DNA from: Thermoanaerobacterales bacterium
GTDB lineage: Bacteria > Bacillota > Thermoanaerobacteria > Thermoanaerobacterales > UBA4877
Assembly: GCA_036752905.1 (NCBI GenBank)
Contig: DAIORT010000007.1
Location: forward strand, 27,105 to 91,104
Length of the DNA: 64,000 nucleotides
Reading direction: 5' to 3'
Shown here: positions 46,158 to 54,958 of the stretch, piece after piece
Layout of the letters: each line of letters begins with the position of its first letter
Numbering within the stretch: position 1 is the stretch's first letter
The notes under the pieces: generated by a model
What the model saw: only the letters and a program-made list of their open reading frames with translations
What the model was told of the DNA's origin: nothing
Databases searched by the model: none
Position numbers and translations under genes: made by a program

Positions 46158-48311
46158 ATGAAGCTACGAAAAGACATAAGTGACTTAATAGATTTATACA
46201 ACGGAGGCTGCCTGGCCGTGCCGTCCGTTCCCGGAGCAGGCAAGACCACTCTTCTGACTCATTTAACCTTCCATATACTGAAGACACAGCCGAACTCGCG
46301 AATATTGATTGTTACGTACATGAACTCCGCGGTGGCCAACTTCAAGCAGAGGATAAACGATCTTCTTAAAGGTGGCGGAATACACTCATCAAATTACGAT
46401 GTGATGACTCTGCATGCCCTGGCCTCATCCGTCATAGGCAGCAATCCTGCCGTGCTTGGCCTGGCCAAGGACTATGAGATACTGAGTGAAACGGATACCG
46501 CCGAAATACTCAAAGAATCTATTAAGGCCTGGCTCTCGACCAATACCGACCTTTTCTACTCTAAATTGTTCATAAAGGAGAGCACCCCTCCTTCCCGGGT
46601 TGAGAAAAATAAGGTCCGGTATCTAAAAGAATTTACCTCGGATGTAAGCAAGGCCATCTCCATGTTTAAGGGCGATAACATTACTCCTTCCGAGCTGCTC
46701 GCCTATACAGGCAGCCTGCCCGAAGATTCCTATCTCCGCTGGGCGGCAGATATATACGATATATATGAAGACAGGCTGAGGCTGCGCGGTGCAATAGACT
46801 TCGGTGATCTTCTCATGCTGGCTTACCGCTTGCTTACATCAGACCGTGAAATACTCTCACAGTTCCAGGATAAATGGGACTATGTTTTTGAGGATGAAGC
46901 GCAGGACTCTAATAAATTGCAAAACGAGATAATGAATCTTATATCAAACTACGGCAATCTCGTACGTGTAGGAGACCCCAACCAGGCCATCCTTTCCACA
47001 TTCACCATAGCGGACCCTAAACAATTCACCGACTTCATCATGTACAATAAGACCAAAGAGATAAAGACATCAGGCAGAAGCTCGCTGGAAATAATCAGGC
47101 TGGCCAACCATCTTGTAGAAAGCAGCTTATCCATGGCGGAGCTCTCCCCTGTTAAAGGTGCATTGGAAAACCAAATGATAAAGCCCGCGGGATGTGAAAA
47201 CCCCCAGAACCCCAAATACGGCGTAGGATACTATGAACCGGAAAACTTGGACAAAGAATATGAATATATCGCTGTCCTTACAAAAAAGTATTTAGAACTT
47301 CACCCTGATAAAACTTGTGCCATATTGCTCCGGACAAACAACCAGGTGAAAAACATGATGGAGGTACTACAAGACAGGGGGATTGAGTCCTTGGAGGTAT
47401 CCAACTACTCCTCAATAAACACAGTAACCAAACAGATAAACTGCTGCCTTAAGTTTATAAACAGACCGGAGGTCTCCGACAACCTGATAGATGTCCTCAG
47501 GTATGTGCTGGCCCCAGAAATAAAATCTGTCCACACTATAAACCTATTTATGCACGACTGTCGCACGGAAGATTTGCTCTACCCCATGGACAAGGTGCCG
47601 TCTTTACCGGATGGCGTTACAAAACAAGAGGGGAATTATTTCTACGGTGCATTAACCAAGGCAAGGGAACTATTATCTGCGGGAAATATGAGGATAGACA
47701 AATTAATCATATATATACTGGACCTCATTAAGGCGGACGGCGATGACCGGGCCATAGGCGAAGCTATAGCCGAGGAGGCCCGCAGGAGGTTATATGACCC
47801 CGGCTGGAAGATTGAGAATGTTATAGATGAGCTCAGCTCTTCGCAAAACAGGTACAGCGACCTGGTTAACATATTTTATCAGAGGAAGGGCTTTACGGCC
47901 CGGCCAGGCCAGGCCATGGTACTCACCTATCACAAAGCCAAGGGCCTGGAATGGGATAATGTCTTTATGGGGTGCGTAGAGGCCGCGGACTTTCCCCTGC
48001 TCCTCTCCCACAGCTTCATGGGTGAAACATGGTACCTTAAGGATGAATGGCGTAATCCCTCTGCACTCATAGAAGCGGAATATAAAAACCTGACAGGCAA
48101 AAAGTTAGATCCGGACTTCAAGAAGCAGGCCAAGCTCAATATAATAGCGGAAAATCTGCGCCTGCTGTATGTGGGCATCACACGGGCAAAACAAACCCTG
48201 ATAATAACCGGCCACAAAAACGGCTTCTACGACCGGCCATTGGATAACCGTATCTTCGAAAAGATTTTCGGTGACTTTATAAATAAGGAGAGATCCTCAT
48301 GGATGATATAA
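46158..48311 (+). CDS. UvrD/Rep/AddA-type SF1A DNA helicase (all motifs intact, no nuclease domain)
   Basis: Walker A is PGAGKTT, motif Ia TYMNSAVANF, motif II FEDEAQDS and motif III GDPNQAI. Motif V is TYHKAKGLEWDNVF and motif VI is YVGITRAKQTLIITG. Confidence 0.85.
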   Translation: MKLRKDISDLIDLYNGGCLAVPSVPGAGKTTLLTHLTFHILKTQPNSRILIVTYMNSAVANFKQRINDLLKGGGIHSSNYDVMTLHALASSVIGSNPAVLGLAKDYEILSETDTAEILKESIKAWLSTNTDLFYSKLFIKESTPPSRVEKNKVRYLKEFTSDVSKAISMFKGDNITPSELLAYTGSLPEDSYLRWAADIYDIYEDRLRLRGAIDFGDLLMLAYRLLTSDREILSQFQDKWDYVFEDEAQDSNKLQNEIMNLISNYGNLVRVGDPNQAILSTFTIADPKQFTDFIMYNKTKEIKTSGRSSLEIIRLANHLVESSLSMAELSPVKGALENQMIKPAGCENPQNPKYGVGYYEPENLDKEYEYIAVLTKKYLELHPDKTCAILLRTNNQVKNMMEVLQDRGIESLEVSNYSSINTVTKQINCCLKFINRPEVSDNLIDVLRYVLAPEIKSVHTINLFMHDCRTEDLLYPMDKVPSLPDGVTKQEGNYFYGALTKARELLSAGNMRIDKLIIYILDLIKADGDDRAIGEAIAEEARRRLYDPGWKIENVIDELSSSQNRYSDLVNIFYQRKGFTARPGQAMVLTYHKAKGLEWDNVFMGCVEAADFPLLLSHSFMGETWYLKDEWRNPSALIEAEYKNLTGKKLDPDFKKQAKLNIIAENLRLLYVGITRAKQTLIITGHKNGFYDRPLDNRIFEKIFGDFINKERSSWMI

Positions 48312-49036
48312 AAGAAATGTACTTCAGCCAGACAGCGCTTCGGACTTACCTCAGCTGTCCATACAGATTTAAAAAAAGATATATAGACGGACTTTATTGG
48401 AGATATGAATCAGACTCAATACAACTGGGTAGTGAGTTCCACCTGGATATGAAGAGGCACTTTCTCGGCCTCCCTCTTTCAGGCAAAAACAGCAATCTCG
48501 TGTCGGCTGCCACGATGTTTCTGCCCATGGAGGCCGGTAAAAAATACCTGCCCGAGTACACCCTCAGATATAACGATAACTCGGTAAAAATCACTGTAAG
48601 ATATGATCTGCTTGTCATAGGAGATACAATTGAGATATATGACTGGAAGGTGGGAAAATCCAAGCTCAATGCATCCAAACTCGCAACCGACATCCAGACG
48701 CAGCTCTATCTCTATACTATGGCATCGGCTGGTCAAATAATAAAAAAGGATATGGAACCGGCAGATATATCCATCACCTACTTCAATCCCTTCCATCCTT
48801 CCTCTCCCGTCCATATAAACTACGACTCATACAAATTAGATAAGAATCGCATCTATATATCCGGCCTGGTTAGCCGCATACTTAAGGACAGCGAATACGC
48901 ACTCACCACAGACAAACGGAAGTGTATTCACTGTGAATACAACAGGTTATGTAACGGCAAGTCCGTATCCGCCCGCAGCATCAATGGCCAGGACAGCGAT
49001 CTAAGCTGGGATGACATTGAAGAAATAAGCTTTTAA
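48299..49036 (+). CDS. PD-(D/E)XK nuclease with Cas4/AddB-type 4-Cys (Fe-S) signature
   Basis: There is an N-terminal Cys (YLSCPYRFKKRY). The nuclease core is RYDLLV...IEIYDWKVGK, followed by QTQLYLY (QxxxY). The C-terminus carries CIHCEYNRLC (C-x2-C-x5-C). The gene overlaps the helicase gene by 13 nt. Confidence 0.75.
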   Translation: MDDIKEMYFSQTALRTYLSCPYRFKKRYIDGLYWRYESDSIQLGSEFHLDMKRHFLGLPLSGKNSNLVSAATMFLPMEAGKKYLPEYTLRYNDNSVKITVRYDLLVIGDTIEIYDWKVGKSKLNASKLATDIQTQLYLYTMASAGQIIKKDMEPADISITYFNPFHPSSPVHINYDSYKLDKNRIYISGLVSRILKDSEYALTTDKRKCIHCEYNRLCNGKSVSARSINGQDSDLSWDDIEEISF

Positions 49037-49056
49037 CCATATAAACGCTTTCATTT

Positions 49057-50415
49057 TTATAAACTCTCCTGTTCGGCAGTAACAATCTTATCCTGTATAA
49101 CCTTTTCACCACTTGTAAACTTTTTCGGCCATCTTATTATAATAAATAAAGTAGCAAAGAAGAACATCAAATAACAATACCACACATAAGGTGAAATAGA
49201 TATGGGCGGAATCCCTGCGATACTGCCCGCTATAAGCAGCTGGCTGGCATAAGGAAGAGTACCATTAAACACACATGAGTAAATATCCACAATGCTGGCC
49301 ACCCTTCGCCGGTCAATGCCCAGGTCATCTGCAATCTTGCATGAAATAGGTGTCGTAGTGATAATGGATATGGTGTTGTTTGCCGTGGCAATATCCACCA
49401 AGCTGGCAAGAGCAGCAATACTCAGCTCACCGCCACGCGCCGTCTTTGCTTTCTTAGTCAGTTTAGCCAACAGATAATCAATTCCCCCAAAGTACTTCAT
49501 GAGTGCGACCATCCCGCCGACAAGAACAGCAACAAGAGCAATATCTTCCATGCTAATCATGCCTTCATGCATGATTTTCAAAGCAGAAAAGAAAGTAAAG
49601 TCATGATGTGCTATCCCGATAAACGTACCGCTTAAAATTCCCAAAACCATTATAGGCAGTACATTCATACCCGTAAAAGACAAGACAATGATAACTAAAT
49701 AAGGAATGAGATTAACAAGATTAAAACCTTGAGCCAGTGACTGGCTTGCAACATTTATCGGTTGAAAAGCTAATAAAATAACGGTTGCTATGCAAGCAGG
49801 CATTACCATAGGAAGATTTGCCCTGAATTTGTCTCTGTTCTCTATACCCGCCAATTTTGTCGCAGCTATGGTCGTGTCGGAAATAAAAGAAAGCTCGTCG
49901 CCAAACATAGCTCCACCCACAACAATTCCACAGACCAGCGCTAGATTGCTGTTGGTTTTAGCAGCCATATCCATTCCGATGGGAATTAAGGCTGCAATGG
50001 TCCCCATCGAGGTTCCCATGGCAAAGCTGATGATGCAGGATATAATGAACAAACCTGGCAGAACAAACCGCGCAGGTAATATAGTAAGCCCCAGATTTAC
50101 AAAGGTATCTACGGCATGCATCTTACTTGTTATACCAAAAAAAGCACCCGCCAGCAGGAAAATGAGCACCATGAGGATAAGTGTGTCATCACCGCCGCCC
50201 TTACAAAAAATCGTTACCCTTTCCTCAAAGTCAGTGTGCTCACCCTCTCTGTCCGGTAAGAAAAACGCTATTATACAGGCTATGGTTATCCCTATCATTA
50301 AAGGCATATTATCAAAGCTACCAGAGATAAAACCCGATAGTAGATAGAGCACCAGGAAAACAACTAACGGTAATAACCCCCAAATGCTCCCTTCATTATG
50401 CTTTTCATTCTTCAC
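49057..50415 (-). CDS. nhaC: Na+/H+ antiporter, NhaC family
   Basis: The 452-aa polytopic protein has the pattern and length typical of the NhaC family. Confidence 0.75.
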   Translation of the reverse strand: MKNEKHNEGSIWGLLPLVVFLVLYLLSGFISGSFDNMPLMIGITIACIIAFFLPDREGEHTDFEERVTIFCKGGGDDTLILMVLIFLLAGAFFGITSKMHAVDTFVNLGLTILPARFVLPGLFIISCIISFAMGTSMGTIAALIPIGMDMAAKTNSNLALVCGIVVGGAMFGDELSFISDTTIAATKLAGIENRDKFRANLPMVMPACIATVILLAFQPINVASQSLAQGFNLVNLIPYLVIIVLSFTGMNVLPIMVLGILSGTFIGIAHHDFTFFSALKIMHEGMISMEDIALVAVLVGGMVALMKYFGGIDYLLAKLTKKAKTARGGELSIAALASLVDIATANNTISIITTTPISCKIADDLGIDRRRVASIVDIYSCVFNGTLPYASQLLIAGSIAGIPPISISPYVWYCYLMFFFATLFIIIRWPKKFTSGEKVIQDKIVTAEQESL

Positions 50416-50749
50416 CTAAAACCATCTCCTTAAAATTATAGTATATGTATACTTTTCTCTCCTTTCCCAACCCAATGAAAAGGTAAAATTTACGACAACA
50501 TTTACCAAAATACAATAGCAGAAAACGCTTGTCAAACCCTCCCCAGGCTACTTACCTCACGCTCCCTCAATAATAATCATAAAAGCGGCTGATTATCCTC
50601 TATTTTAAACATAGTTAAAGTTCAGCAAAACTCAATACTTTCTATTTTGCCTTATTTTACGCTTTACTATAATCGGTGAATAGTGACATCCTTGAATCGT
50701 TTATTTACGACAATAAATGAAAAATTATATTAAATTTCGTGTCATGCTA

Positions 50750-50776
50750 TAAACTTCCACCCTTTATTTCCGATAT
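50750..50776 (+). promoter_or_regulatory. SigD/FliA (sigma-28)-type promoter
   Basis: TAAA-N15-TCCGATAT compares well with the consensus TAAA-N15-GCCGATAA. It is about 90 nt upstream of the flagellin ATG. Confidence 0.65.
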
Positions 50777-50863
50777 ATATAAACGTAAGAAGGAAACAGC
50801 ACAAGAAGGCTGTTTACCAATATGGCATGGATGCCAAATATAATATTTCAAGGAGGAAGTAGA

Positions 50864-51745
50864 ATGATAATAAACCACAATATAGCTGCCTTAAACACAT
50901 ACAGACAGTTATCAGTAAACAACTCAACAACACAGAAGTCGTTAGAAAAGCTTTCATCCGGTTTAAGGATAAACCGCGCAGGCGATGACGCCGCAGGCTT
51001 AGCTATATCCGAGAAAATGAGAGGACAGGTAAGAGGCCTGGACCAGGCCACAAGGAATGCGCAGGACGGCATATCTCTGATACAAACCGCCGAGGGCGCG
51101 TTAAATGAGACGCACAGTATACTGCAGAGGATGAGGGAGCTGGTAGACCAGGCAGCCACTGAAACAAACGGCACTGATGACAGAGCCAATATACAGAAGG
51201 AAATTGATCAATTAAGTAAAGAAATCGACAGAATTTCTACAGACACTGAATTCAACAAAAAAACTTTGTTAGATGGAAGTTTCTCCGATAAAGAATTAAA
51301 CTTCCAAATAGGCGCTAATGCTAAGCAGTTTATAGGCCTGAACATTGGCAATATGGACGCAACATCACTCAGTGTAGACGGTATAAAAGTCACTGATACC
51401 ATTGAAGAAGTAGACGATACGGATCCTGATAATCCAGTTACGACAGAAGTTGATATTACCTCAGATGAAATATCAGAACAACTTGATACAATCGATGCTG
51501 CAATCAATAAAGTATCCGAGCAAAGGGCAAACCTAGGTGCTGTACAAAACAGGTTGGAGCACACCATAAACAACCTGGGTACATCATCCGAAAACCTCAC
51601 GGCTGCAGAGTCACGTATAAGGGATGTGGACATGGCTAAAGAGATGATGACATTCACGAAGAACAACATACTCCAGCAGGCAGCCACGGCCATGCTGGCA
51701 CAGGCCAATGCACAGCCTCAGACAGTGCTTCAGCTTTTAAGATAG
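50864..51745 (+). CDS. fliC: Flagellin
   Basis: The N-terminus is MIINHNIAALNTYRQL...LSSGLRINRAGDDAAGLAISEKMRGQVRGL. The C-terminus is RLEHTINNL...AMLAQANAQPQTVLQLLR. Start ATG 50864 follows AAGGAGGA. Confidence 0.95.
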   Translation: MIINHNIAALNTYRQLSVNNSTTQKSLEKLSSGLRINRAGDDAAGLAISEKMRGQVRGLDQATRNAQDGISLIQTAEGALNETHSILQRMRELVDQAATETNGTDDRANIQKEIDQLSKEIDRISTDTEFNKKTLLDGSFSDKELNFQIGANAKQFIGLNIGNMDATSLSVDGIKVTDTIEEVDDTDPDNPVTTEVDITSDEISEQLDTIDAAINKVSEQRANLGAVQNRLEHTINNLGTSSENLTAAESRIRDVDMAKEMMTFTKNNILQQAATAMLAQANAQPQTVLQLLR

Positions 51746-51770
51746 TTCTTATAGCAAATACAGAATATAA

Positions 51771-51797
51771 AAAGGAGGGGCAAGCCCTCCTTTTTTA
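51771..51797. terminator. Bidirectional Rho-independent terminator
   Basis: AAGGAGGGgcaaGCCCTCCTT is flanked by an A-run and a T-run. It lies between convergent fliC and the thi operon. Confidence 0.75.
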
Positions 51798-52436
51798 TTG
51801 CATCATTTCAGTAAAATCAAAAATATATCTCTTAGATAGTTTACGAATTGCTGCCTTATCGCATTCCCAGTAGCGGTCATACACACCGCATGCTGTCATT
51901 CCGGCTGCAACAATGGCTTTTATACTAAACAAAGCATCATCAAAGGCAATACAGTCTTCGGGAGCCACACCGAGTTTTTGCGCAGCCAGCAGATAAAATT
52001 CAGCACAATCCTTGTTACATCTCACATCCTCAGTTGATAAAAATGATTCAAACAAATCGTATACCTCATTATTTTTAAGTGCTGGTTCGTATAGCACCCG
52101 CGGAAGGGCGGTCGCTATGCCCAGCTTTACCCCCTGCTTCTTCAAAAACAACAGGTATTCCCTGGCATGCGGCTTTAAAGATATATGATGGGCATATTCA
52201 CATGCGGCCATGTCATACCATTCCGCAGTCAGTTCATCCGCTGTATGCTTAAGGCCAAACCGTTTAATTGTATAAACAGCCGCCTCTGCAAAATCCATAT
52301 CGCTTATTCTCTGTATATAATCATCGGGCACAGGTAGCCTATGCTTTACAAGAAAATTAATATCGATCCTGTCCCACACGTCATTGGAATCGGCTAGAGT
52401 ACCATCTATGTCAAAAATTGCAGCTTTAAAATCCAT
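51795..52436 (-). CDS. HAD-superfamily hydrolase/phosphatase (subfamily IA), last gene of the thiM-thiE operon
   Basis: DxDGT is present as FDIDGTLADS, and a late DD motif as AFDDALFS. The start codon shares one nt with the thiE stop (TAATG). Confidence 0.8.
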   Translation of the reverse strand: MDFKAAIFDIDGTLADSNDVWDRIDINFLVKHRLPVPDDYIQRISDMDFAEAAVYTIKRFGLKHTADELTAEWYDMAACEYAHHISLKPHAREYLLFLKKQGVKLGIATALPRVLYEPALKNNEVYDLFESFLSTEDVRCNKDCAEFYLLAAQKLGVAPEDCIAFDDALFSIKAIVAAGMTACGVYDRYWECDKAAIRKLSKRYIFDFTEMMQ

Positions 52437-53140
52437 TATGCTTGTCGGTACTTCTTCCATGCCGCAGCCAGTTCACCAGCCGCCTGTCCCGGGTCATCCG
52501 CTCCCGCCACGGCAGACACGACAAAAAACCCATCGGCTCCGGTAGCGGCAAGCTGTGGGATATCGGCCAGCTTAACCCCTCCTCCGACCACAACGGGTAT
52601 CGGACTTATCTTGGCGAGTTTCGTAAGATCGTTAAAGCTCCTGGTGATCACCTTGCCGTCCATGTCCAGACCGCAATCCGGCTTGGTAGAGGTTTCATGC
52701 AGCGGACCGGCGCCAAAATAGTCAATCTGGCTGACATCCGCCGTCTTAATATAATCAAATAATTCATGGGCCCGGGCAGACAGGCCTATAATAGAATCAT
52801 CACCTAAGTATTCCCGGCAGACATCCACCGGAATATCCGACTGCCCGACATGGATGCCATCAACCTTTATCCCCTGCTTACGCGCCGCCAGCACCACATC
52901 GAGACGGTCATCCACAAGCAGGGCCACCTCATCCGATTTACCTGCCTGTGCAATCACATCGGCGGCGGCGCGGGTCAGCTCAATGAGCTCGCGGGCGGAT
53001 GCGACCTTGGAACGAATCTGTACACATGAAAAGCCAGCGTCAATCACATCTTTTATAATAGGCAGGACCGTCCGTCCCTTTGTGTTCTCCGGACCAACCA
53101 CAAAATATGCCGAGATATCAAAATTCTCCCTTATACTCAT
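52436..53140 (-). CDS. thiE: Thiamine-phosphate synthase
   Basis: The translation YFVVGP...VQIRSK...GIHVGQSD...GAGPLHETSTK...PVVVGGGV matches ThiE. Confidence 0.9.
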   Translation of the reverse strand: MSIRENFDISAYFVVGPENTKGRTVLPIIKDVIDAGFSCVQIRSKVASARELIELTRAAADVIAQAGKSDEVALLVDDRLDVVLAARKQGIKVDGIHVGQSDIPVDVCREYLGDDSIIGLSARAHELFDYIKTADVSQIDYFGAGPLHETSTKPDCGLDMDGKVITRSFNDLTKLAKISPIPVVVGGGVKLADIPQLAATGADGFFVVSAVAGADDPGQAAGELAAAWKKYRQA

Positions 53141-53442
53141 TTTTCCTCCTTCAAAATACCATTGACCTTATCAACCTTGGTGGTCATTGTATTATTAAAA
53201 CCGGGACGTATATCGGCCTTGAGGACAACCTCCGTACGTATGCCCTTCTCTGCTAGGACAGCAGTTGCATCCTTCACAACCTTCATCACGTCATCCCACT
53301 CTCCCTCAATCTCTGTAAACATGGAATTGGTGCGGTTGGGCAAACCCGACTTCCTAATGACATTTACCACCTCGGCCACCTGCGGTGCCATTTCGTCCCC
53401 TACACCACAGGGAGCTATAGCCACAGCAATTAATGTATTCAT
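53137..53442 (-). CDS. MTH1187/YkoF-family (UPF0045) thiamine/HMP-binding protein
   Basis: The 101-aa ferredoxin-like protein starts IAVAIAPCGVGDEM. It is embedded in the thi operon with an ATGA overlap to thiE. Confidence 0.7.
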   Translation of the reverse strand: MNTLIAVAIAPCGVGDEMAPQVAEVVNVIRKSGLPNRTNSMFTEIEGEWDDVMKVVKDATAVLAEKGIRTEVVLKADIRPGFNNTMTTKVDKVNGILKEEK

Positions 53443-53445
53443 TCT

Positions 53446-54282
53446 TTATACCTCCTCAATTTTAAATGGATTACCGGCGATATCTTCTCCACCGGCTTTA
53501 TACAGCTCATCAAGAAACGCAGTTTGAAAACTTCCGGGGCCGTCCGACTTACTTTCCGCACGGCTGCCCGCCAGATTATAAACAGCGGTGGCTGTAAGTG
53601 CCGCTATAAAAGGAGAGGCGGCAGCCGCATAGACGGCATTGACCCCGCCCAGGGAACATCCGGAGCCTGTAATTCTCTTCATGAAATAGGAACCTCCCTC
53701 GGATAGCGCCGCAGTATGACCGTCCGTGACGAAATCCGCCTTGCCGGACACGGCCACCGCCCCGCCTGTCCACCCGGCCAGAGCTACAGCTGCGTCCTTC
53801 GCACTGGTTACAGAATCCATAGAATCCACCCCGCGGACATTGGACTCGCTGCTTCCCCCGGCCAGGCCCCAAAGACCGGCCAATGCGATAATCTCCGATG
53901 CATTACCCCGTATGATGCTGGGTTTATATTCTTTCAGCTGCTCTAACAATTTACTCCTAAGTGCACCTATACCCACCGCCACCGGGTCCAATACCCACGG
54001 CCTGCCTATTTCATGCAGAACCTTGGCAACGTGAGGCAGTGTCTGCTCATAAACCGGCAGTAGTGTCCCCACATTTATGTACATGGCACCTGCAGTTTTA
54101 GCTAACACCTCGCCTTCATCAGGCAAATAGACCATGGCGGCAGATCCACCGACGGCAAGCTGTGCATTGGCCACGAGATTAATGGTAACCGTGTTCGTTA
54201 TTGAGCCCACCATGGGATTTGTCTCTCTTACCGTCCGGACCGCCCCCATCATCTGCTCTTGAATTTCTTCTTTTCCCATCAT
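53446..54282 (-). CDS. thiM: Hydroxyethylthiazole kinase
   Basis: The translation NPMVGSITNTVTINLVANAQLAVGGSAAM...IIRGNASEI...TGSGCSLGG is typical of ThiM. Confidence 0.9.
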   Translation of the reverse strand: MMGKEEIQEQMMGAVRTVRETNPMVGSITNTVTINLVANAQLAVGGSAAMVYLPDEGEVLAKTAGAMYINVGTLLPVYEQTLPHVAKVLHEIGRPWVLDPVAVGIGALRSKLLEQLKEYKPSIIRGNASEIIALAGLWGLAGGSSESNVRGVDSMDSVTSAKDAAVALAGWTGGAVAVSGKADFVTDGHTAALSEGGSYFMKRITGSGCSLGGVNAVYAAAASPFIAALTATAVYNLAGSRAESKSDGPGSFQTAFLDELYKAGGEDIAGNPFKIEEV

Positions 54283-54363
54283 TCATTCTCCTCCTTTTTT
54301 GTCAGTAACCCGGCTCACTTTGCAATCTGTAAATATTCAGCGAAGACGCTATTCTTTCTATAA

Positions 54364-54397
54364 ACAACAAAAAATGCTTACTGATATCAGCAAGCAT
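54364..54397 (-). terminator. Riboswitch expression-platform terminator
   Basis: On the minus strand ATGCTTGCTGATATCAGTAAGCAT is followed by TTTTTTGTTG. Confidence 0.65.
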
Positions 54398-54412
54398 CTG
54401 CATACTTCGTTA

Positions 54413-54508
54413 TTTGCTTCCCTACGCCAGTATTAACTAACAGGTTCAAAGGGTCAGGTTTTACCTTCTCAACTCATAAGGGCCGCAGCCCAAGGGAGTT
54501 CCCCCACA
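54413..54508 (-). promoter_or_regulatory. TPP (THI-box) riboswitch
   Basis: The minus strand reads GTGGGGGAACTCCCTTGGGCTGCGGCCCTTATGAGTTGAGAAGGTAAAACCTGACCCTTTGAACCTGTTAGTTAATACTGGCGTAGGGAAGC. It shares the AACCTGTT.AGTTAATACTGGCGTAGGGAA core with the thiT riboswitch. Confidence 0.9.
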
Positions 54509-54530
54509 ATAAATATTTTATTTATTTTAT

Positions 54531-54740
54531 GGTAGCACTCATTGGCGTATGTGTCAAATATATATCACTGGCTGCTCCATAACGAACGCCCCTGTCGGGG
54601 CGTGTGTATCATTGTTTGGATGGCAGCACTCATTGGCATATGTATCAAATATATATCACTGACTGCTCCATAACGAACGCCCCTGTCGGGGCGTGTGTAT
54701 CATTGTTTGGATGGCAGCACTCATTGGCATATGTATCAAA
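54531..54740. repeat. Tandem direct repeat, 91-bp unit, 2.3 copies
   Basis: Copies start at 54531, 54622 and 54713. Copy 1 differs from copy 2 at 4 positions. Copy 3 matches copy 2 for 28 nt and then diverges. Each full unit contains the hairpin CGCCCCtgtcGGGGCG and a minus-strand TTGACA/TTGATA-N17-T(A/G)CCAT promoter-like element. Confidence 0.9.
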
Positions 54741-54919
54741 CATGAATATCCTTATAGTTTATTAGCATGCCCTGCCGGACGCGTACATCACTATATCATA
54801 TTCACTTTATCATTTTTGAGGCTACTTAGGGTTTATAATAAATCGTACAACAGTTTCGCTTAGCTTGGTTACCTACACCTGCATATTTCTGCTAAAAGTG
54901 TTAAATATACATATTCGGT

Positions 54920-54945
54920 AATATGTATTGCCCCCTTCCGGGGGC
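54920..54945 (-). terminator. Candidate terminator after the enoate-reductase-like gene
   Basis: On the minus strand GCCCCCggaaGGGGGC is followed by AATACATATT, a weak U-tract. Confidence 0.45.
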
Positions 54946-54958
54946 GAATATATATTAT

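Noticed and set aside
54531-54740. Possible CRISPR array
   Set aside because: The repeats are contiguous 91-bp units with no unique spacers between them. The unit is far longer than CRISPR repeats, and there are no cas genes in the window.
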